From Octopus sinensis (Eukaryota): a DNA stretch of 27,553 bases. A program made the position numbers and the translations under genes. Shown in pieces: positions 10,790-21,581 of the stretch. The stretch spans positions 1-27,553 of the forward strand of contig NW_021833313.1 of NCBI RefSeq assembly GCF_006345805.1. The letters run 5' to 3'. Position 1 is the stretch's first letter, and every line of letters begins with the position of its first letter. The notes under the pieces were generated by a model, which had not been told where the DNA came from, did not search any database, and saw only the letters and a list, made by a program, of their open reading frames with translations.

Positions 10790-11448
10790 CTTTCTCGTCC
10801 TTCTTTCCTCTTTCTCTCCCATTCCTCTTTCCATTCCTCCTTAGCTGCTCTCTCACTCTTTTAAAAGCACACACGCACACACGCACCACACCCCCCCCTT
10901 CCTCTCTCTCTCTCTCTCTATCTCTTTATTTCAGACTCTCGTCTTCTTATCTCCGTCCGTCCTTCCCAAACCACACCGTCTTTTTCCTCCTCCTCCACCC
11001 TCCGCAACCTTCCTCCTCCTTCTTCACTCCCTCCCCTCCTCCTTCTCCTCCTCCTCAACTCTCCTCCGCCCTCCTCCCCCTCCTCTCATCTCCTCCCCCT
11101 CCTCTCCTCCTCCTTTATTCTCTCTATTCCGTCAGTTATTATTTACAATTATTTCCTTCCCCTCCCGTCTCTCCCTCCCTCCCTCCCTCCACTACTCGTT
11201 GCAGCCTTCCTTATTTCTCCTCTCTTCTCTCGTTCTCTATCAATTTTCTTCCTCCCTCTTTCACTTTGCCGTCTCTCCTTCTCTCTCCTCTTTTTTTTAA
11301 CTCCACCATTCCTGTTTTCTCACTCTCTCTTTCTTTCCATCTCTCTGTCTCTCTGTCTCTTTCTTTCTCTCTCCTTCTCGTTCTCCCTCTCTCTCTCGTT
11401 TCTTTCTCTTGCATTTTATTCTCACCTCTACCTGTATTAGTTACTTTA

Positions 11449-11503
<55 letters not shown>

Positions 11504-11617
11504 GATTTACAAATTCACTCATACACACACGTACCTGCACATTTTTCCATCCACACAACAGCATACAACCATACATTGTAAAAACATATATCTAAACCTT
11601 TCTACACATACATATAA

Positions 11618-11651
<34 letters not shown>

Positions 11652-11690
11652 GCGCACACACACACATACATATATGTATGTATATATATA
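10790..11690. repeat. Polypyrimidine (CT/CCT) tract followed by (CA)n tracts
   Basis: Direct reading. Confidence 0.93.
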
Positions 11691-11694
11691 TGTA

Positions 11695-12924
11695 TCAGGT
11701 CATCTCATAAGTAATGTTTGGATTTTAAATAAGGAAAACAAGTGATAAAATCTTGCCTTTTAATGAAACTTAATCGTCAATATTGTTTCCCTGATTATCT
11801 ACGACATCTTTCCATCTATTTGTAAGCTTTTTAATCTCATTAGTGAAAGACTCTTTAGGTTTCGAAGAGAAGAACTCTGAAAGGTCAGTTTCGACTTCCT
11901 CAGATGTTTCGAGAGTTAATCCACCGAGAGTTAATCCAGCAAAATGATTCTGTAAAGTACAGAAGAAATGGTAATCTGAAGGAGCAAAGTTTGGGGAATA
12001 AGGCACATGAGCAATTTTCTGCCAGCCAAGTTCTTCGATCTTCTATGACGTGATCTTTGCAGTTTAGGGTCTTGCATTGTCCTGATGAAACACCACTCTC
12101 TTTCGATTCACTAAAGCAGGCCCCTTTTTCTTCCTTTAAAAGAGCGTTCAAACGCTCTAATTGCTGATAGTAGATTCGAACACCGATTGTTGCATTATTT
12201 GGTAGCAACTCAAAATGGCTGACTCCTTTGCAATCCCACCAGAGAGAAGAAGCTTCTTCGCTTGGAATTCCCTTTTCGGTTGTGGTTGGGCCTTTTCCCT
12301 TTCACCAAGCCAATGTCTATGACGCTTAAAATGTTGATAAAAGACCCATTTTTCATCACTGGTCACCAGTCTGTCCAAAAAGGGTGAGATGAGTCCATTC
12401 GGGATTTGAAATTGGCTTCAGACAAATCATGAAGCATCCATTTTCCGAGTTTTGGAACCTTTGCAGCTATTGAAGATGGCGGTGAACCATTGTATGTCTT
12501 GAACGAAGCTTGCTTACCATTCTTCATCAGAAACTGTATGATATTTCTCAAGTTCTTCTAAAAGGAGTTTGTCATCAAACTCAATTGGATGTCCTGTTCG
12601 GGCCTCATCTTCAAGGCTGAAATCTCCACTTCTGAATTTTACAAACCATCTTCTGAAAGGTCTTTCATTCATGCAATCTTCTCCAGAACCTGAGTGAATA
12701 TTTCGAGTCACAGAGTTCCTTTTTTTAAAACTCATATGCTCCTTTGACACTTCCATGGTGCAAAGAGCTATAATTCGTGAAATTTGAATTAGATTATCCT
12801 GCAAAATGAAATTTTATTGGTTTAAGTATGTTCAAATACTTAATGCCATTAGACATTCTAAAATACTGTTAAAGCGTTTACAAATTGAAAATATAGAAGT
12901 CCGGACATTATTTGAGGGATGACC
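11695..12924 (-). mobile_element. Decayed mariner (Tc1/mariner, DD34D type) transposon
   Basis: Left end TA|TCAGGTCATCTCATAAGTAATG; right TIR reads GGTCATCCCTCAAATAATG on minus (21/29 identical by my count); ~1.23 kb. Confidence 0.92.
11770..12756 (-). pseudogene. Mariner transposase pseudogene (multiple frameshifts and deletions)
   Basis: MEVSKEH..., RRWFVKFRSGDFSLEDEARTGHP (HTH), WMLHDLSE (WVPHEL), VTSDEKWVFY, PYSPNFAPSDYHFF (YSPDLAPSD). Confidence 0.92.
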
Positions 12925-13219
12925 GCTAAGTTACGAGAACGTAAACACACCGACACCGGTTGTCAAGCAGTGGTGGGGGACAAAGTCAAACACAAATGCA
13001 TACACAGACATACACATACGCATACACACGTACACACACGCATACTCACACACACACACAACAACAACACTCTATTAGTTTCCGTCTACGAGATCCACTC
13101 ACAAGGCTTTGGTGGGTTCGAGGCTACAGTAGAAGACATCTGCCCAAGGTGCCACATAGTGGGACTGAACCTGGAATCATGTGTTTGGGAAGCAAGCTTC
13201 TTACCACGCAGCCACGCCT
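12922..13219 (-). mobile_element. SINE family A copy lacking its 3' part
   Basis: Matches 10035-10308, with its own internal (CA)n. Confidence 0.88.
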
Positions 13220-13544
13220 ATGGAAGTAAGTTTTAAAAAACAGTAAAGACAAAGCTTCCCTGTCAAAGTCCATATTAACTTTTATGGGGAAAATGTTGAT
13301 AGTGAGTTCGAAGTTCCGGGTTGTTTGCTTTCATCATACTGCTGGGGCCAACGAAAGAACCTGCAGGTGGTGACATGATCTATTAGAAATAGTAACAAAT
13401 TTTCCCTGAATTCCTTTTTCCGTCGATTTAGAAAAGAAGGGATGTCACGCTAAATAATATATTCACAGATATTCTCCTCACTAGAGGAGGGATGGTCACC
13501 GATGGAATTCGTTTACTCGCAGGTCTTCTCGAACATGGTTGATC

Positions 13545-13571
13545 TGAAGCTGAACCACCATCAACACCATC

Positions 13572-13605
<34 letters not shown>

Positions 13606-13660
13606 ACAACAACACAACAATGTTAATAAGAATAATAATTACGACACAACAACAAATGTT
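13545..13660. repeat. (AAC)n microsatellite
   Basis: Direct reading. Confidence 0.93.
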
Positions 13661-13683
13661 TTTTCCCGCCAGAAAGAAACCTG

Positions 13684-13917
13684 TTAAAACCCTTTTGATA
13701 CCAAACTCCCCTTCTGAGACCGCCCCTGGTTTTATGATTCAAACTTCCTGTTGCAACGTGATCTAAATTAAAATCTTCGATGGAAATTTCTTGCTAATTT
13801 ATGTTCCAAACGCCAAATTAATAATGACAAAATTATTTTATTAAATCCTTCATTATTTTGAAAATTAATTGAAACGAGGTATATTTCATCAGAAAAATGG
13901 TAACGAAGTGGGGTTAA
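13684..13917. mobile_element. Non-autonomous piggyBac-type MITE
   Basis: TTAA at 13684-13687 and 13914-13917; imperfect TIRs CCCTTTTGATACCA / TGGTAACGAAGTGGGG; AT-rich non-coding interior of ~230 bp. Confidence 0.68.
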
Positions 13918-14159
13918 GGGTTCTCTAAGACATGTCTACACCAGGAAAGAAATTCTCACGTAGTTTTTAACTTGCTAGAAATAACAGCCAAATTTTCGTC
14001 CAATCACACTTTAATGTTTTAAAAACAGATGTGGTCCGATGTAAGAAAGTGTCTGATAAAAAAAATGAAAAGACAACTAACGTAAAACAATGCCAGGGAC
14101 AAGAGATCGATAAATGGAGAGTAGTGAGAGAGTTAAATTGATAGACAATGAGATAGCTA

Positions 14160-14220
<61 letters not shown>

Positions 14221-14289
14221 TATATATATATATATATTATAATAGAAAATTTAGACAAATACGTATAATTAGATTAGTGTGATTAAATG

Positions 14290-14425
14290 TTGAGTAGAGT
14301 GCCGACAAAAAATCTCTGGTGAGACTTCTTTATCAGTGTACCTGAAGAGACCCAGACAGATGGGTCGAACATATGTTGTACTTAATAAAAGTCTAATACG
14401 AAATCCATCTCCTTCTATCAAGTAA
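14290..14425 (+). mobile_element. Penelope-like terminal-repeat remnant with damaged hammerhead and AATAAA
   Basis: GUAC-CUGAAGA-GACCCA(GACAGA)UGGGUC-GAA-C-AUAU-GU-U-GUAC at 14338-14381; AATAAA at 14384-14389; then (TA)n. Confidence 0.65.
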
Positions 14426-14461
<36 letters not shown>

Positions 14462-14465
14462 TCTT

Positions 14466-14715
14466 TTTTAGTCTTTTACTTTTTTACTTGCTTCAATCAT
14501 TCGACTGCGGCCATGCTGGGGGCACCGTCTTGAAGAATTTTAGTTGAACAAATCTACCTCGGTACTTACATTTCAGAGCCTGGTTCTTATTCTAGCGGTT
14601 TCTTTTGCCGAGTTGCTAATTTCAGTTTTGGGACACACACACACACACACACACACACAGCACACACACACACACGCACACACACACAACACACACGCAC
14701 ACACACACACACACG

Positions 14716-14747
<32 letters not shown>

Positions 14748-14872
14748 CACACACACGGTTTCCATCTATCAAATCCGAGGCTATGGTAGAAGACATTTGC
14801 CCAAGGTGTAGAACTGAATCCGGAAGCGTGCAGTTGAGAAGCAAACTTTGTACAACACAACCACGCATGCGC
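14466..14872 (-). mobile_element. Older, diverged SINE family A copy
   Basis: gactgcggccatgctggggcacc 3' end, gaagacatttgcccaagg, degenerate head, ~120 bp internal (CA)n. Confidence 0.85.
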
Positions 14873-15269
14873 AACTGAACGTCACATGATCCTAGCGTTT
14901 TAAAGATTCTTTGTGTGTTTTCAATAGAATCGACAGATAACTCGATTGAAATTAATTGTGACTAAGTCGAGTTCTTTTATTACTAATTGGCATCGTTCGT
15001 TGAGAGAGAAAAAATGGTTTTCTTGCATGCACCATTTAGTACTTTCATGAAAATTATATCTATATGTCATCAAATGTTTAATGACCATATTTAATTACTA
15101 TAGTTAATTACCATATATAAAATATAATGGGAAGTTTATCTGGTCCACTGCCCACTGTCCACGCATTAATATGCTATATTCAGGCCACAGATGTAAAAAA
15201 ACGAAAAGCTTGCAGACCCTCTTCTGGAAATCATCGATTTTGGAAATATCAACTCAATTTTCTTGAACA

Positions 15270-15464
15270 GGCGTGGCTGTGCCGTAAGAAGCTTGCTTTC
15301 CAATCAAATGGTTCAGGTTCGATCCCACGGCGTGGTACCTTGGGCAAGTGTCTTCTATTAAGGTCTCAGGCTGACCAAAGCCGACGCTGATGTCTGAAAA
15401 CTACCTATACACACACATACACACACACACAACACAACACCCACACACACATATATATATATGG

Positions 15465-15539
<75 letters not shown>

Positions 15540-15689
15540 CATATATACATACTTAACTTAGCAGTTTGGCAAGAGACCGATAGAATAACTAGCAGGCTCT
15601 AAAAAAATTACAAGTACTAGAGTCGAAAATTTTTCCAGCCGGTGCTCCAGCATGGCCACAGTCTGATGACTGAAACAAGAATAAAATAA
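15270..15689 (+). mobile_element. SINE family A copy
   Basis: ggcgtggctgtg head, GGTTCGATCCC B box, ttgggcaagtgtctt, internal CA/TA tract, ggtgctccagcatggccacagtc 3' end. Confidence 0.88.
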
Positions 15690-15979
15690 CGACTACAATT
15701 ACCAAAGAAACCCTTTTGGCCCTTATTCAAGAGCAACATAAACCTTGCTACAAATGATAGGACTCCTAATGTTTTCTTATGAATAACACTCCCCCCACCC
15801 GACATATGAAACATTGTTGATGGCTGGGTAACACCTGAGGGTCAATTAAGGTTAACCCCTCGTCAAAAAGTTTAGATTGGGGTCCCATTTTAAAGTGATG
15901 CCCACAATCTCAAGGGATTGAAACCGACGAAATACAATGAGGAAAAAGGGTGGACATCAAACAAAGATGATGGGAACTA

Positions 15980-16165
15980 AATAAAACACATACACACACA
16001 TTCGCACCCACACAGACACACACACGCACACACACACGTACACGCACACACACACGTACACGCACACACGCACGTACACGCACATACACACGCACACACA
16101 CATATACGCACACGCTCACACACGTACACACACGTACACATTCACACACAAACACACATACCCCC
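15980..16165. repeat. (CA)/(CACG) microsatellite
   Basis: Direct reading. Confidence 0.92.
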
Positions 16166-16344
16166 CACCCACAATACTGTATTATAACATTATTTAATTC
16201 TTTGTCTGAAGAGGTTCTAATCGAGGATATCTTACGTTGTTTCTATTACATGTACAATTTTGTAAATCCTATTAGTAAACGAAACATGTGGAATGGCGAA
16301 TAAATATTATCAAAAATAGTCCAATCTTATGTTTTGGTAAATAT

Positions 16345-16556
16345 ATATATATTACGGAGATGTAGTTGCATAGCGAGTGACTTGATCTGAGATCGTGTGC
16401 TGGAGCGAAAGCAATTGCAGCGTGGAAGGTGTTTATAAGCCATTTAAGAAACACACAAAGACCGTTAGATTCACTTCAACATTTAAATTTAATTTGTCAA
16501 AATATTTTCGTCGCTTTGAGACCGCGACCTGTTCACTGACAAAGCTTCGTGCTGCA
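16345..16556 (-). mobile_element. Probable Penelope-like 3' terminal fragment carrying a hammerhead
   Basis: Hammerhead fold followed by ~140 nt ending at a (TA)n tract, the same layout as the confirmed PLE end at 4217-4352. PLE origin is inferred. Confidence 0.6.
16493..16543 (-). ncRNA. Minimal type I hammerhead ribozyme with G3-C8 swapped core
   Basis: UUUGUCA-GUGAACA-G-GUCGC(GGUCUCAAA)GCGAC-GAA-AAUAUU-U-UGACAAA: stem I 7/7 bp, stem II 5/5 bp, palindromic stem III. Confidence 0.78.
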
Positions 16557-16587
<31 letters not shown>

Positions 16588-17370
16588 TGTATGTATGTAT
16601 GTATGCATGTATGTATGTATGTATGTAGTATGTATGTATGTATGTTATATGTATGCATGTATGTATGTTATGTATGTCTTATGTATGTATGTATGTATGT
16701 ATGTATGTATGTATGTATGTATGTATTGCGTATGTATGTATGTATGTATGCATGCATGTATGTATGTATGTTATATATGTATGCATGTATGTATGATGTA
16801 TGTATGTATGTATGTATGCATGTAGTATGATGAATGTATGTATGTATTGATGTATGTATGTATGTATGTATGATGGATGCATGCATGCATGTAGGTATGT
16901 ATGTATGCATGTATGTATGTATGCATGTATGCATGTATGTATGTATGTATGTATGTATGTATGTATGTATGTATGTATGTATGTATGGTATGTATGAATG
17001 TATGTATGTATGTATGTAGGTATGTATGAATGTATGTATGTATGTATGTATGTATGTAGGTATGTATGAATGTATGTATGTATGTATGTATGTATGTATG
17101 TATGTATGTATGCATGCATGCATGTATGTATGTATGCATGTATGTATGTATGCATGTATGCATGTATGTATGTATGTATGTATGTATGTATGTATGTATG
17201 TATGCATGCATGCATGCATGCATGTATGTATGTATGTATGTATGCATGCATGCATGTATGTATGTATGTATGTATGTATGTATGCATGCATGCATGTATG
17301 TATGTATGTATGTATGTATGTATGTATGTATGTATGTATAAATGTATGTATGTATGCATGTGTGTGTGTG
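16556..17370. repeat. ~810 bp (TATG)n array with CATG/TGAA/TAGG variants
   Basis: Direct reading; explains all MYVC/YIHT ORFs. Confidence 0.97.
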
Positions 17371-17465
17371 AGCAACAACAACTAATACTACCAGTTGAAT
17401 CTGCAACTTTGAATTATCAATATTCCACCTCCGCCTCCTGCTCACATCAACTTGGTACACATACA

Positions 17466-17856
17466 GGCGCAGGAGTGGCTGTGTGGTAAGTAGCTTGCTA
17501 ACCAACCACATGGTTCCGGATTCAGTCCCACTGCGTGGCATCTTGGGCAAGTGTCTTCTGCTATAGCCTCGGGCCGACCAATGCCTTGTGAGTGGATTTG
17601 GCAGATGGAAACTGAAAGAAGCCTGTCGTATATATGTATATATATATATATGTGTGTGTGCGTGTGTGTGTTTGTCCCCCTAGCATTGCTTGAAAACCGA
17701 TGCTGGTGTGTTTACGTCCCCGTCACTTAGCGGTTCGGCAAAAGAGACCGATAGAATAAGTACTGGGCTTACAAAGAATAAGTCCCGGGGTCGATTTGTT
17801 TGACTAAAGGCGGTACTCCAGCATGGCCGCAGTCAAATGACTGAAACAAGTAAGAG
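17466..17856 (+). mobile_element. Full-length tRNA-derived SINE family A (young copy)
   Basis: Same head, body and 3' end as the inverted copy at 9899-10308. Confidence 0.95.
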
Positions 17857-17894
17857 ATATATATCTCTTCACACTCATTGTATCTTGTCTTGCT

Positions 17895-18573
17895 ATAACT
17901 GCAAGAACGGCAGCGGCTGTGACAACAACTGCAGTAATTGTAACAGCAGCTGCAGCGACTGTGACTGCAACTGCAGTGACTGTGACACCAAATCGTTTTA
18001 ATTGCCGTATCATCAAGTTATAATAGGTGCAACGGCTGCAGGGAGAGGAACACCAAACTGCAGTTAGTGTAGCCTAGCTGCGCTAAGTGAAATAACTGCA
18101 GTAACACATGCACCAAGTCACGACAGCTGCAGCAACTGCAGTGGCAGTAACATCAAACTGCAGCAAATGCAACTGCGGTTGTAAGAGTAACATCGAGCTG
18201 CGCTTACTGCACCAACTGCAGTAATATCGTGTTGTAATGATTGCAACAGCTGCAGTGACAGAAGCGCAAAGCCGCAGTAAGGTGCAGCAACTGCAGCAAC
18301 ACCAAACGGTTGTAGTCGCAGTGTCATCAGCAGTAACGACAACATGTGGTAAGGGTGGGTGGAACATGTGGGCAACAAATCTGTAACAGCAGCAGCAGCA
18401 GCAGCAGCGCTGTAACATCGTGTTGTAACGGCAGATGTAACAGCGGTAGCAGCAGCCGCAGCACGGCATGGAGGTAGGTAACACGAAGGTGCAATAGTTG
18501 TAATAGTGGCAGCAGCAGCGACAGCAGCAGCAATAGTAGTAGTAGTAATAATAATGGTAGCAGCAGCAATAGC

Positions 18574-18622
<49 letters not shown>

Positions 18623-18627
18623 ATGGT

Positions 18628-18665
<38 letters not shown>

Positions 18666-18738
18666 TAGTAGAAGTAGTAGTAGTAGTATCAGCAACAGTA
18701 GCAGCAGCAGCAGTAGTAGTAATAGTAATAGTAGTAGT

Positions 18739-18769
<31 letters not shown>

Positions 18770-18774
18770 ATGGT

Positions 18775-18815
<41 letters not shown>

Positions 18816-18827
18816 TAGTAGTATGGT

Positions 18828-18859
<32 letters not shown>

Positions 18860-19173
18860 TAGTATAGCGGGAAACCGTTATAGCTGCTGAAGGTGTTGCA
18901 ATTGAAGCAACAGCAGCAAAAAATGAACAGCGGCAACAGCACCAGGACACAAATATTGACAACAGCAACAACAACAACACATACAACAGTTACGATATTA
19001 GAATTCATCATCATCATCATTATAATCATCGTCGTCCTCACCATCATCCCCTGCAGCAGCAGTAGTAGAAGCAGTAGTAATAGTTGTAGTACTAGTAACA
19101 ACACAGCAGCAGCAGCAACAACAACAACAGCAGCAGTAGTATTAGTAGTAATAAATATAACACTACCAGCAGC

Positions 19174-19206
<33 letters not shown>

Positions 19207-19265
19207 GTTATTAGTAGTAAGACTAGCAGCAACAGTTGCAGCCTCAGCAGCACTTTTAGTTTCAG
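17895..19265. repeat. Cryptic CTGCAG-rich repeat grading into (GCA)n/(GTA)n/(CAA)n/(CAT)n trinucleotide arrays
   Basis: Direct reading; explains the poly-A/T/L/V ORFs. Confidence 0.9.
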
Positions 19266-19519
19266 CCGTAATCGGAGAGGCCTCTTCGTGGTGGCATAAA
19301 CTGCTGGAAATAGCAGCCAAATCACCGACACACACACACACAGTATTTAAGATAGGACATGGTGTTATGCATTCTCAAGTGAACGATTGGTGAATGGAAA
19401 TGGAAAGAAAAATAAAAAATAAAGCAGAGGTGGTGGTCAAGTTTTGATTGTCCCTCATTTGACTCCTGATTGTAACGAGTCGGGAGTCAAATAATAACTG
19501 CATAAAACGGCATTAGTTG

Positions 19520-19520
19520 T

Positions 19521-19566
<46 letters not shown>

Positions 19567-19628
19567 CCATCAGTAGCAGATATCCTCCTTTTTTATATAA
19601 TAATAATAATAATAATAACAATAATAAT
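19520..19628. repeat. (CAT)n and (AAT)n microsatellites
   Basis: Direct reading. Confidence 0.93.
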
Positions 19629-19816
19629 GCTTTCTACTAAAGGCACAAGGCCTGAAATTTTGGGAGAGGGGGACTAGTCGATCACATCGACCCCAGTGTT
19701 CAACTGGTACTTACTTTATCGATTTCGAAAGAATGAAAGGTAAAGTCGACCTCGGCGGAAATTGAATTTAAAATGTAAAAACGGACGAAATGCCGCTAAG
19801 CATTTTACGCGGCGCA
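19629..19816 (-). mobile_element. tRNA-derived SINE family B, head partly lost
   Basis: Reverse complement of ...ccgccgaggtcgactttacctttcattc...gtaccagttgaacactggggtcgatg..., with the (AAT)n tract as its tail. Confidence 0.87.
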
Positions 19817-19847
19817 ATAATAATGATAATAATAATAATAATATACA

Positions 19848-19944
19848 GGCGCAGGAGTGGCTGTGTGGTAAGAAGCGCGCTTCCCAACCACGTGGTTCCG
19901 GGTTCAGTTCCACTGCGTGGCACCTTGGGCAAGTGTCTTCTACT
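19848..19944 (+). mobile_element. Head-only SINE family A copy followed by (ATT)n
   Basis: GGCGCAGGAGTGGCTGTGTGG...GGTTCAGTTCC...ttgggcaagtgtcttctact. Confidence 0.88.
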
Positions 19945-19981
19945 AATATTATTATTATTGCTGTGGTTGTTGCTATTATAA

Positions 19982-20309
19982 GGTGGCGAGCTGGCGGAGT
20001 CGTTAGCACGCCGGGCGAAATGCTTCGTCTGCCGCTACGTTCTGAGTTCAAATTCCGCCGTGGTCGATTTTGTCTTTCTTCCTTTCGGGGTCGATTAAAT
20101 AGGTACCAGTTACGCACTGAGGTCAATATAATCGACTTAATCCGTTTGTCTGTCCTTGTTTGTCCTCTCTGTGTTAAGCCCCTTGTGGGTAGTAAAGAAA
20201 TAGGTATTTCGCCCTTCGTTACATTCTGAGTTCAAATTCCGCCGAGATCGACTTTGCCTTTCCTCCTTTCGAGGTCGATAAAATAAGTACCAGTTGTACA
20301 CTGGGGTCG
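19982..20309 (+). mobile_element. SINE family B with a tandem second body unit
   Basis: ggcgagctggcggagtcgttagcacgccgggcg head; the block ttctgagttcaaattccgccg...gtaccagtt...actg(g/a)ggtc occurs twice (~20040 and ~20224). Confidence 0.9.
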
Positions 20310-20352
20310 TCTGATCCCCACCTCTCGAAGCTCGCCTTGGAGCAAAAACTTG

Positions 20353-20618
20353 AAATAATAATAATAATTATTAATTTCCCAATCTTCTGATTTATCGATG
20401 TCACGTGTCTTCAGCTCCTTCCTGCAGCTTCCAGACGCAACAATTCCCTCAACAAACGCAGCAATGTTCCAAGTTTTGCTGCCAACTAAATACTTCCTGA
20501 CAAGTTTGGAACTTACAGCTTCTGATGCCAGACAACTGTTTGCTTTGAGACGCTCCCAAGCGCACCGATCACAATAGGTACCAGACTCACTTTTGGGGCT
20601 CTATGATGCGTTTCAGAA
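20353..20618 (-). mobile_element. Extreme 3' end of a second R4/Dong-clade element
   Basis: KVSLVPIVIGALGSVSKQ...KL*VPNLSGSI*LAAKLGTLLRLLR (the IPIVIGALG...LLGT motif), short UTR, then (TAA/ATT)n. Confidence 0.8.
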
Positions 20619-20619
20619 G

Positions 20620-20708
20620 CAGTAGCAGTAGCAGCAGCAGCAGCAGCAGCAGTAGTAGCAGTAGTAGTAGTAGTAGTAGTAGTAGTATAGTAGTAGTAGT
20701 ATAGTAAT
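20620..20708. repeat. (GCA)n-(GTA)n microsatellite
   Basis: Direct reading. Confidence 0.93.
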
Positions 20709-21365
20709 TGATATTGGTACAGTAATCAAATGGTACGGTACCTACCATGGAATGGTGGGAGATAAATTATCCATGGGAAACGGTATCGATTTTGCACAGC
20801 AGCCCCTAATGTACCATGACGTTTAGTTCATGCCTCAGGACACGATTGTGAAAGACACTGGGTGACGGGAGCAGAAAGGATTTGTGAACATCTTGTAGTC
20901 GGTTGATGTCACCATCATTATCATAAAAAAAAAACCAAGAGTTAGATAAGATTCTGTCGAAAAGATAAAAGTGGGACCCATTCGACCGAACCCACCCCCT
21001 TGGGTAGTAATTTGAAGACGTCTTCTGTTTGTTTTTTTTTTGTTTTGTTTTGGTTGTTGGTGGATATTGGACAAATGTCCGGGATTTTGCTAAACTGACT
21101 GCGACGCTTAAACCTCGAGGTTAAACGTCGAACAAACGAGGACAAAAACATCAAAAATGATTCGGAAATTGGTTTCATTAAGTGAGGAGAGAGTTCTTGT
21201 CTTCAGAATATTGTGGCTGACATATCATGGCCTTGGAACTAATGTTTTCGTTTTTGCTTTGAATGTCGGATGTTCAAAAACCTTTCACTACAGCAAAACC
21301 ATTGAATGGCAATTGCAAGCTTGGAGTCACGGATTATCTTCAATATTTCGGCATTTATATACATT

Positions 21366-21575
21366 GGTTTCAAATTTCGGCACAATGCCGGCAATTTTGA
21401 GGAAGTGGGTAAGTCGATTACATCAACCACAGAGCTCAACTGGTACTTGTTTTATCGACCCCGAAAGGATGAAAGGCAAAGTCTACCTTGGAGAAATTTC
21501 TACTCAGAACGTAAAGACGGACGAAATGCCACTAAGTATTTTCCCGGAATGTTAACGATTCTGCCAGTTCGTCAG
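21366..21575 (-). mobile_element. SINE family B copy
   Basis: Minus strand reads gacgaactggcagaatcgttaac...cgttctgagtagaaatttctccaaggtagactttgcctttcatcctttcggggtcgata.... Confidence 0.88.
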
Positions 21576-21581
21576 TGAGAG

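Noticed and set aside
13360-14075. Two related ~100 bp fragments (tagaaatagtaacaaattt / tagaaataacagccaaattt)
   Set aside because: Probably relics of one repeat family, but too diverged to classify or delimit.
15662-15677. CTGATGACTGAAAC at the SINE A 3' end
   Set aside because: No room for stem II, and other copies read CAAATGA or CTAATGA, so the match is incidental.
18118-19393. 407 aa and other poly-Ala/Thr/Leu/Gln ORFs
   Set aside because: Pure (GCA)/(GTA) repeat open in several frames on both strands; no splice or compositional evidence for an exon.
20840-20935. Possible extreme 3' end of a third R4/Dong element with poly-A
   Set aside because: Only a few residues of resemblance; too short to support.
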